Positions 52,095 through 58,849 of a stretch of DNA of 58,849 nucleotides are shown here, piece after piece. Every line of letters starts with the position of its first letter. The first letter of the stretch is position 1. A program made the translations under genes and the position numbers. Under the pieces are notes generated by a model. The model did not search any database, was not told the DNA's origin, and was given only the letters and a program-made list of their open reading frames with translations. Origin of the DNA: a bacterium (GTDB taxonomy: Bacteria > Patescibacteriota > Minisyncoccia > Minisyncoccales > UBA10102); contig JAUSJT010000002.1 of assembly GCA_030647485.1 (NCBI GenBank), positions 1 to 58,849 of the forward strand, read 5' to 3'.

Positions 52095-52156
52095 CCTGTG
52101 GATAACTTAGCTAAGCTAAGTTTGCCTCTCTTCACCGAGAGGTTTTTTGTGTGGTA
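52095..52156 (+). repeat. 62-bp direct repeat, left copy (DnaA box + palindrome + terminator)
   Basis: 54/62 identical to 53068-53129; includes the CCTCTC-TTCACC-GAGAGG-TTTTTT terminator. Confidence 0.9.
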
Positions 52157-52198
52157 AACTAACTGTACTGTAGTGCTTATACGTGGTATAATAATGGT

Positions 52199-52483
52199 AT
52201 GGAGACGCTAAAGAAAAAGTCCATGTTTTGGGATGTTGATGCTATAGATACTAAAAAGAACGAGCAATTTATCATAGGCAGAATACTGGATTTTGGAGAT
52301 GCAGATGACCTTGAATGGGCGATGAGTATATACGGGCCAGAGAAGGTGAAAAAGGGGGTGCTAGAGAGCAAAACATTAAGCAGGAAGTCTCTCTCTTTTT
52401 GGTGTCAGTATTTTTATCTTGATCCATCACAATGTATAAGCAAACTCTTGGGGAAAACACAGAGCGCGTTCTGGAAAAGATAG
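52199..52483 (+). CDS. DUF6922-like putative antitoxin
   Basis: FWDVD..FIIGRIL.FGD..DLEW..YG..SLSFW; paired with the nucleotidyltransferase. Confidence 0.75.
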   Translation: METLKKKSMFWDVDAIDTKKNEQFIIGRILDFGDADDLEWAMSIYGPEKVKKGVLESKTLSRKSLSFWCQYFYLDPSQCISKLLGKTQSAFWKR

Positions 52484-53061
52484 CAATGAGCGGAGTTCTG
52501 GGTCAGTTCTATCTAGCTGGCGGAACCGCCCTGGCGCTTTTGCTCGGCCATAGGAAATCCGAGGACTTGGATTGGTTTTCGGCTAAGCCATTCTCCAATG
52601 GTACCATTAAGAAGAAACTCTCCGAATCTGGTATGTTTCAACTTACAGGAGAAGAAGAAGGTACGATTCACGGTGTTCTAGATGAGGTGAAGATAAGTTT
52701 CTTGCGCTATGATTATGAAATGCTGTTTCCGTTCGTTCGTTTTGAGAGCGTGAATGTCGCAGAGGAACGCGATATTGCCGCGATGAAGATCGACGCATTG
52801 TCTTCGCGTGGGAGTAGAAAGGACTTTGTGGATATTTATTTTCTTTTGCAGAAGTACACTCTTTCCGAGTTGATAGGATTTTTTGAGAAAAAATACAAAA
52901 ACATACAATTCAATAAACTCCATATCTTAAAGAGTTTGGTCTTCTTTGATGATGCAGAATTAGAACCCATGCCCATCATGATGCAAGTAGTGAGCTGGGA
53001 GGAAATAAAACGGAAAATACAGGGAGAAACGACCGCAATGTTAAAGCTGGGTATCGTTTGA
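52432..53061 (+). CDS. AbiEii/AbiGii-family nucleotidyltransferase toxin
   Basis: FYLAGGTALALLLGHRKSEDLDWF, DIAAMK, SRGSRKDFVDIY, KSLVFFDDAE. Confidence 0.88.
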   Translation: MYKQTLGENTERVLEKIAMSGVLGQFYLAGGTALALLLGHRKSEDLDWFSAKPFSNGTIKKKLSESGMFQLTGEEEGTIHGVLDEVKISFLRYDYEMLFPFVRFESVNVAEERDIAAMKIDALSSRGSRKDFVDIYFLLQKYTLSELIGFFEKKYKNIQFNKLHILKSLVFFDDAELEPMPIMMQVVSWEEIKRKIQGETTAMLKLGIV

Positions 53062-53067
53062 GCGACA

Positions 53068-53129
53068 CCTGTGGATAACTTAAAGAGATTAAGTTTGCCT
53101 CTCTTCACTGGGAGGTTTTTTGTGTGGTA
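53068..53129 (+). repeat. 62-bp direct repeat, right copy
   Basis: See left copy; the terminator stem is retained through a G-U substitution. Confidence 0.9.
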
Positions 53130-53178
53130 TACCCCCACACCAACACAGGTTTGCTGTTTGTTTGGTGTGGGGGTATAC
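53127..53178. repeat. 17-bp perfect inverted repeat (CCCCCACA family)
   Basis: GTATACCCCCACACCAA / TTGGTGTGGGGGTATAC. Confidence 0.85.
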
Positions 53179-53215
53179 TGAATCAACGAGGTATAATTAC
53201 TAATATACAAGGCCT

Positions 53216-53653
53216 ATGTTTCAACTAGACAAGAAAAACATTCTTATCATAGGAGTAGTGGGAGCAGCCATTCTTGGAGGAATCTATTTGTATTCTTCAG
53301 GAAAGCTTACCCAGCTCACTGGAGGGGCAAAAGAGGAACAGGTTTTTGAAGAAGTAACAAGTATTGCGGGAAAGGTTGTTTCCGTTGACGAAGCAGGCAA
53401 TTCTTTTGTGCTCTTGCAGCCAAAAGAAGAGCGCCAATTTACTGTGAAGCTAGGGGAAAGTACCGCGTTTATCCGCCTGATATTTCCCTTTGACATTGCT
53501 AATCCCCCGGCCGAGGCAACCTTCACTCCAGAACGCAAGGTCATCACCATAGAAGATCTCAAAGAGAATGACCAGGTGTTTGTGCGCGCCTCATCCCCCA
53601 TTAAAACAAATCAGGATATTGTGAGCCCCTTGGAGGTGCAAGTGCTTCCGTAA
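53216..53653 (+). CDS. Hypothetical membrane-anchored protein (OB-fold/DUF5666-like)
   Basis: N-terminal TM; IAGKVVSVD, FTVKL..T.FIR, ITIEDLKENDQVFV. Confidence 0.7.
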   Translation: MFQLDKKNILIIGVVGAAILGGIYLYSSGKLTQLTGGAKEEQVFEEVTSIAGKVVSVDEAGNSFVLLQPKEERQFTVKLGESTAFIRLIFPFDIANPPAEATFTPERKVITIEDLKENDQVFVRASSPIKTNQDIVSPLEVQVLP

Positions 53654-53691
53654 AGCATGCCATAAGATTATCAGTATTTTTGCTATTACTC

Positions 53692-53720
53692 TTGACAAGA
53701 ATATTGTTTTATGAAAGAAT
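53692..53720 (+). promoter_or_regulatory. Candidate promoter of the AbrB-PIN pair
   Basis: TTGACA-17 nt-AAGAAT. Confidence 0.45.
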
Positions 53721-53727
53721 AATAGTA

Positions 53728-53973
53728 ATGGAGAAAATAGTTTCTATAACAAAACAAGGTCAGCTTACTATCCCAAAGAGTTTTTTAGCGGACTTTAAAA
53801 TTCTAGGCGCAACAAAAGCGCTTATACGAAAATTTGGGGATAGCATTATAGTAGAGCCAAAACACGATTTCTGGTCTCTTTCTGGTGTCCTAAAATCCCG
53901 TGTTTCTTTAACTGATAAAGATCTCAAAAAAGCAAGGAAGTCATTTACGCAAGACTGGCCCAGAAAGGTATGA
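53728..53973 (+). CDS. AbrB/MazE-family antitoxin
   Basis: IVSITKQGQLTIPK, IIVEP, FWSLSGVL. Confidence 0.88.
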   Translation: MEKIVSITKQGQLTIPKSFLADFKILGATKALIRKFGDSIIVEPKHDFWSLSGVLKSRVSLTDKDLKKARKSFTQDWPRKV

Positions 53974-54353
53974 AAAAAGAATTGCTTGATACTAATGTTC
54001 TACTGCGGTTTCTGACGGGAGATAACAAAAAACAGCAGCAAGAAGCAGAACGTTGGTTTAAGGAAGCAGAGCAACGCAAAAGAAAGATTGTTGTACTGTC
54101 CCTTGTGGTTGCCGAAACCTGTTTTGTACTGGAGAGTTTCTACAAAATGCAGCGAGAAGACATTGCGGAAGCCCTTGAGATATTCCTAGCTCAAAAATGG
54201 CTTGAGGCGCCAGAGCGCCAAGCGTTGTTAGGCCTTTGGTCTTGGTATCGCCAAGGTCTCCATTTTGTTGATAGTTTTCTTATTTCTTTTGCAAAATCGC
54301 AAAACGCAGGCATTCTCACTTTTGATCGGTCACTTTCTAAAAAAGTCAGTTAA
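53970..54353 (+). CDS. PIN-domain (VapC-like) toxin
   Basis: LLDTNVLLRFL, VVAETCFVL, HFVDSFL, ILTFD; ATGA coupling to the antitoxin. Confidence 0.9.
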   Translation: MKKELLDTNVLLRFLTGDNKKQQQEAERWFKEAEQRKRKIVVLSLVVAETCFVLESFYKMQREDIAEALEIFLAQKWLEAPERQALLGLWSWYRQGLHFVDSFLISFAKSQNAGILTFDRSLSKKVS

Positions 54354-54397
54354 CCAAAGAATATCCACTTACAATGGAGACGGGAGATGATATAATG

Positions 54398-54448
54398 AAA
54401 ACAAAGCAGGATATTGTAGATCCCTTGGAGGTGCAGGTTCTTCCTTGA
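54398..54448 (+). pseudogene. Stranded, diverged copy of the 3' end of gene 53216-53653
   Basis: KTKQDIVDPLEVQVLP* versus KTNQDIVSPLEVQVLP*; 42/51 nt. Confidence 0.85.
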
Positions 54449-54458
54449 GGCAAAGATT

Positions 54459-54860
54459 ATGAGAGAAAAGTATCTTGTTATTCTCGCGGTTATGGTAATT
54501 GGTACTGCAATAGCAGTTGGTTTTGTTTTCTGGAGCAATAGAAACCTGCCGGCAGAAACTCTTGCAAAAAAACAAAAAGCCGCAAATCCTTGCCTGGGGC
54601 TTTCTGCGGATCAAGGCGAAATAACCTGCGAGGAGGCAAAAAATATCGTGCTTAAAGAGTTCCCTGGCAAAATAACAGAAATCAGCAGAAAACAAATGGA
54701 TTTTACCCTGATTGTGGGGAAAAAATCTTTGTATGATCTCTGGCTTGTAACGGTGCGATTGAATCAACCCATCAAGAGAAAAGACGGCACCGTGAAAACT
54801 GTTGTTATTGTGGGTGTTGACGCGAAAGATGGAAAATTAAAATATTCTGAATTACAATAG
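54459..54860 (+). CDS. Hypothetical membrane-anchored protein (PepSY-like)
   Basis: N-terminal TM; ITCEEAKNIV..FPG, WLVTV, VGVDAKDGKL. Confidence 0.65.
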   Translation: MREKYLVILAVMVIGTAIAVGFVFWSNRNLPAETLAKKQKAANPCLGLSADQGEITCEEAKNIVLKEFPGKITEISRKQMDFTLIVGKKSLYDLWLVTVRLNQPIKRKDGTVKTVVIVGVDAKDGKLKYSELQ

Positions 54861-54862
54861 AA

Positions 54863-57800
54863 TTGATGGGGAAAATATTTATGATAAAAACGGTAATCTT
54901 CTTTGCAACATTTTTCGCGTTTTTTCTCTTTTTCGCGCCTTTAGCGCAGGCCGATGATAGTGAGTGTGTCCATTATACCGATTCAGGTAGTCGTTATGCG
55001 ACTCTTTCTGAGTGCTCCAGTGCGGGCTGGGATAGCTGCATAGATGTGGGGATCGATGAAAGTGTTTACGCAGGTTATTATAAGGATAATACCTATGCTG
55101 GCAATTCGTGTACGGTTGATGCTACTAGTGCGGCTGGTACATGTGATGGTTCTTCGGGGAATTGCGTTGCTACCCCTGTAACGCCTGCCTGCAGTTCAAA
55201 TGCAGATTGCAACGACAACAGCAACTGTTCCACAGATACGTGCAATAACCCAGGCACAGCAAGCGCTGCGTGTAGCTATGGCGCTGCCTGTAGTGCTGGC
55301 CAAGTATGCAATACAGGTATTCCCAAGCCGTACGCGTGTGTAACGCCTGCCTGCAGTTCAAATGCAGATTGCAACGACAACAGCAACTGTTCCACAGATA
55401 CGTGCAATAACCCAGGCACAGCAAGCGCTGCGTGTAGCTATGGCGCTGCCTGTGGCGTTGGTCAAGTATGTAACACTAACATTCCCGCGCCGTACGCGTG
55501 CGTAACGTCTGACGCCACCGCGCCCACTCCTGGCAATTCCGGCACCATCACCACGGCCAGCATTGCCGCTACAACCCTGACCCTCAACTGGACCAAAGCC
55601 ACTGATAATGTAACTGCCCAAGCCAGTATCGTCTATAGGGTTGACCTGTCCACCAGCAACAACATCGGCACCGTGGCCAACGCCGAAGCCAACGGCACCC
55701 CTATCCAGGCATACACCGCCGACATCAATACCTTTAATGTGACCGGATTAAGTCCCGGCACCACTTACTACTTTAACGTCATTGCTAAAGACGGCGCCGG
55801 CAACAAAGCCGTGTACACAACCAAGAGTGAGGCCACCGCTACTCTTACCTTTCCTACCGGAACCTGGCAGAGGTTGTGGTACACCGATCCTAAAACCAAT
55901 GACTTTAGCGCCGCAAGCTACCTGGGGGAAGGTCCAGGAAGCAACGACAAAAATGGAAATCCTCCCAATGTAACTTCCGAGACGTTCGTTACCGATTGGG
56001 GAGACAAACAACTGTACAATACCACTGTTGCTGGCACTGATAACGGGAAGGATAAAATTGGATTTAAGGCAAGTAGAACCCTTACTGGCCTTACGCCAGG
56101 TTCCTATATTATTTCGCTTGGGGCAGACGACGGCATTAAGCTTTTTGTGAACGGCGGCGGCAATCTTTTGCCCTCGACTGCGTGGACCGATAATCATTCA
56201 TATAATGATAATAGACATACGGCGTTGGTGGAGCTTTCTAGTAGTGCAACAATTGAGATTCACTACCGTGAAAATACTGGAGACGCGCAAGTATCGTTTA
56301 GCTATGCTCTTGCGCCTGTTGCGCCAGCTCCTTTACCGGTGATTATCGATCCTTCTGACACCGCAATCTATGTTGCTTGGAATAGCGTTTCTGGCGTTTC
56401 GGGCGCTACCTATCGGCTTGAATGGTGCAAGAAAAGCGTAATTGACGGAGGAGGATCTTTCAGCTCCCCTGGATGCGGACCTCCTAATTCTCCTGCTGGA
56501 GGTCCCCCTTATTTTCTTACCACTGCGAGTACTTCTGGCTATATCATTGGCACCGAACCAGCTACGGCATACAACTTGAGGGTGCGCGTAGATAGTGGGA
56601 CTTCAGTGTTGTATGTTTTCCCTGGCAACTGGGCGTCTGCCAGCGCAACTACAAGGACCCCTCTTAGTTGTAACAATGTAAATCCCACGAACATCTCTGG
56701 CGGTTCAAGCGTTACTAATGACTGTTTCAAGGACGAACGGCGCTGCGGCCCAATAGACACAGAAGCTGGGTGTACGGCCGCGTGTTCCCTTGGAGATAAT
56801 TATCTTTCCTTCGGGCTGAACCCTATTACCCAAATTGGAACCATTACTACGGGCAAGTGGAGGGTGACGGGAAGTGCAAGTTATGATCTTTTTGCCCAAG
56901 GGCACGGAGTTGAGTGCATTGGTCCTGATTGGCGAAGCTGGATTTCTAACGTTAACGCTTCCATTTATCTAAAGTATCCTTCTCCCATTGATACTGCTTC
57001 TAGCTCTCAAGGCCTGAATTGGACGCTAACAGGAGAAGGAGGCCAAGAGTTTTCTTTGCCAAGCGCCGCAACGCTTACATTTGATAAGGTGTTTAACTGT
57101 CCCGATGCGAGTTGCGACCTTTGGTTTTATAGTTCGTTTTCCGGCAATACCTGGGCGCATAAACAGTTCTTCCCTGGGGGAGGTGGAGATTATGTGCGTC
57201 AGCTTGCGGTGATGGATAATAACTTTTCCTGGGTAAGGGTTGACGAAACTGCTCCTGGGATTCCTACTATCAACACCCTGCAGGATCAATGGCGCAAAGA
57301 AAATCCCGTGACCAATGTGGCCGTGACGGATGATATTGCGTTGAGTGAAATAGGATATGCGCTTCGTGGGAAGGATTGTACTTTTCCTGCAGACCCATGC
57401 AGTGAAGCGGATTGGAAGAAGGCGCAAAAAAGCGATTTGTCAGGAGATCTTGCTATAAGCGGTACTTCCGCTACTACAGACTGGAAGATAAGCAATGCTG
57501 ACTGGGGGAGATTTGACGAGGGCTCCAATACGCTTTATCTGCGAGTGAAAGACGCCACAGGCAACTGCAGAGGCTGCGATGACGGCACAAAGATACAGTT
57601 TGGCGTTAAAAAAGACACCGTTGCCCCGACCTCAAAGATCACGGTGGTTGACGATTTGGTAAGAGCGCCGAGGGTTCGTTTAGACTATCCTCTTGTTGGC
57701 GATTCCAGTGCGTACTTAAACGCAGACAATGAGGGAGATACAAAAAAGACATGGTGGATGTATGTAGTGGATGCAGATACGGGTTCGGGGCTTAATACCT

Positions 57801-58102
57801 GTAGTATTGCCATAAACGGGGTTGCTAAACCTGATCGTTCTTGTGTTGCCGGCTGGCTGACATTTACTGTTGGGAAAGACAATCCTGCAACTCCATTGCC
57901 AGAAGCCGACTGTATACTAGAGGGAGATGATTACTGTACTATAAAAGTATGGGCGCGGGATACCGTAGGCAATATAACCACTACAAGAAATGTAGGTGCC
58001 GCCTCTCTTAATAAAGAAAAAGATTACCTAGAGGGTCTTGTCACCCAAGATGCTAATGAATTTTCATTCAGCGTAGATTGGCAAAAGCCTACTGCTCAGT
58101 AA
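54863..58102 (+). CDS. Large secreted modular surface protein (Cys-rich repeats, FN3, PA14-like)
   Basis: Signal peptide; two 54-aa Cys-rich repeats; FN3 (TLNWTKATDN..VTGLSPGTTYYFNV); PA14-like (LGADDGIKLFVNG..HYRENTGDAQV). Confidence 0.85.
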   Translation: MMGKIFMIKTVIFFATFFAFFLFFAPLAQADDSECVHYTDSGSRYATLSECSSAGWDSCIDVGIDESVYAGYYKDNTYAGNSCTVDATSAAGTCDGSSGNCVATPVTPACSSNADCNDNSNCSTDTCNNPGTASAACSYGAACSAGQVCNTGIPKPYACVTPACSSNADCNDNSNCSTDTCNNPGTASAACSYGAACGVGQVCNTNIPAPYACVTSDATAPTPGNSGTITTASIAATTLTLNWTKATDNVTAQASIVYRVDLSTSNNIGTVANAEANGTPIQAYTADINTFNVTGLSPGTTYYFNVIAKDGAGNKAVYTTKSEATATLTFPTGTWQRLWYTDPKTNDFSAASYLGEGPGSNDKNGNPPNVTSETFVTDWGDKQLYNTTVAGTDNGKDKIGFKASRTLTGLTPGSYIISLGADDGIKLFVNGGGNLLPSTAWTDNHSYNDNRHTALVELSSSATIEIHYRENTGDAQVSFSYALAPVAPAPLPVIIDPSDTAIYVAWNSVSGVSGATYRLEWCKKSVIDGGGSFSSPGCGPPNSPAGGPPYFLTTASTSGYIIGTEPATAYNLRVRVDSGTSVLYVFPGNWASASATTRTPLSCNNVNPTNISGGSSVTNDCFKDERRCGPIDTEAGCTAACSLGDNYLSFGLNPITQIGTITTGKWRVTGSASYDLFAQGHGVECIGPDWRSWISNVNASIYLKYPSPIDTASSSQGLNWTLTGEGGQEFSLPSAATLTFDKVFNCPDASCDLWFYSSFSGNTWAHKQFFPGGGGDYVRQLAVMDNNFSWVRVDETAPGIPTINTLQDQWRKENPVTNVAVTDDIALSEIGYALRGKDCTFPADPCSEADWKKAQKSDLSGDLAISGTSATTDWKISNADWGRFDEGSNTLYLRVKDATGNCRGCDDGTKIQFGVKKDTVAPTSKITVVDDLVRAPRVRLDYPLVGDSSAYLNADNEGDTKKTWWMYVVDADTGSGLNTCSIAINGVAKPDRSCVAGWLTFTVGKDNPATPLPEADCILEGDDYCTIKVWARDTVGNITTTRNVGAASLNKEKDYLEGLVTQDANEFSFSVDWQKPTAQ
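55178..55501 (+). repeat. 162-bp tandem duplication (54 aa x2)
   Basis: Units start at 55178 and 55340; roughly the first 110 nt are identical. Confidence 0.92.
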
Positions 58103-58143
58103 GGTTTAGAAATAATTCATAAAAGAAAAGAGAGGCCTTGTCC

Positions 58144-58722
58144 TTATGGACTTAGCCTCTCAACTACGCTGGCTGGAACTACGTCTTTCCAGTAGGTTAC
58201 GCCCTGGGGATCTTCTACGCTCCAGTGGTAGTTGCTATATGCGTATAGGATCACCTGACCGTTATCAATTGGGACATAGCCACCCAGTCGGCTTAGTGGC
58301 ATGTTTGTCTGCGCTGTCGCTGGGGGTAGAGCGATTCCAAGCTCTTTCCCGTCAGACTGTTCATAGGAGAACTTTACCATTCGATCCCACTGTATGGGGA
58401 GGGCGCGAACTTGGTCGCCGTTGTATACTTTCCCCATCTCTACCCACTGTGGAGTGAAGGTCGTTGGTACTGCCGGCATGACACTCTGAATCGGAGGGCT
58501 CGGGACGTCCGCGGCAGGAGCTGGGACCACCACTGGGTTGGTCTGTACAATGATGGGCTGTACTGGCGCAGGCGAGGAGACGTTGGTCACCATCGTGAAG
58601 ATGGCGCTCGCAAGGATTGTTGCTACGATGAGTAGCGCCAATCCTAACAAGAACCGACCGGGCCACGGAGAGTGCCGTGGCTGCTGGGGAATTGGACGAG
58701 CTACCGTAACTTGCTGTGCCAT
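58144..58722 (-). CDS. Orphan single-TM protein with Pro-rich linker (192 aa)
   Basis: TM FLLGLALLIVATILASAIFTMV; purine-rich RBS; upstream consensus promoter. Confidence 0.72.
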   Translation of the reverse strand: MAQQVTVARPIPQQPRHSPWPGRFLLGLALLIVATILASAIFTMVTNVSSPAPVQPIIVQTNPVVVPAPAADVPSPPIQSVMPAVPTTFTPQWVEMGKVYNGDQVRALPIQWDRMVKFSYEQSDGKELGIALPPATAQTNMPLSRLGGYVPIDNGQVILYAYSNYHWSVEDPQGVTYWKDVVPASVVERLSP

Positions 58723-58798
58723 TTTGGCACCCCCTTTCTATTTTTACTCTTGACTTATCAAGGCAGGAGAGTTTTGCAACTCCCTGCTGTCCGCTTAT

Positions 58799-58827
58799 AT
58801 TATATCTTTGTTAAAGTCCTTTGTCAA
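58799..58827 (-). promoter_or_regulatory. Perfect consensus sigma70 promoter
   Basis: Minus strand TTGACA (58827-58822)-17 nt-TATAAT (58804-58799). Confidence 0.85.
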
Positions 58828-58849
58828 GTTTCCTTTAGATTCTTAATCA

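Noticed and set aside
52095-53129. Classical integron attC sites
   Set aside because: AAC..GTT symmetry is present, but the flanks do not fit RYYYAAC/GTTRRRY and no IntI is in the window. Retained only as cassette-like.
1-58849. CRISPR array, rRNA, intact transposase, integrase or phage genes
   Set aside because: No regularly spaced repeat-spacer series or recognisable sequences. The repeats found are dispersed or occur only twice.
1-58849. Genome-wide UGA recoding
   Set aside because: TGA terminates well-formed genes (murD, nusA, cca, 16829 ORF), often as ATGA overlaps, and long genes show no internal TGA.

Overview
58.8-kb window of a reduced-genome bacterium. Gene content and style suggest Patescibacteria/CPR, Parcubacteria-like (inference, no search run). 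It spans the replication origin (dnaN-dnaA-rpmH-rnpA-yidC-jag) and housekeeping genes for peptidoglycan (murC, murD, murE, a class A PBP), repair and replication (ruvABC, uvrB, holA, polA), and RNA/translation (tyrS, rsmA, pnp, rpsO, rpsT, nusA, a CCA-adding enzyme, 5 tRNAs). It also holds a VirB4/PrgI/VirB6-like/pilin cluster, a subtilase, two toxin-antitoxin pairs and a large modular surface protein. No CRISPR array, rRNA or intact transposase/integrase was seen. The unusual signal is mostly small-scale. (1) A 40-bp double-palindrome element, usually with a DnaA-box loop, occurs four times at rsmA, twice inside the reading frame. (2) Both TA pairs are flanked by diverged direct repeats, and stranded, synonymously diverged gene 3' ends occur at two loci. 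(3) A 78-bp inverted-repeat element sits 4-5 nt upstream of two different tRNA genes. (4) Several other MITE/REP-like families are present, including a 276-bp nested-hairpin element in the dnaA-rpmH spacer. (5) Many housekeeping genes have a TAnnnT hexamer 6-9 nt before the start codon, suggesting leaderless mRNAs. (6) A DUF4177-like gene has TGA at its conserved Trp. All protein assignments come from motif recognition by eye.
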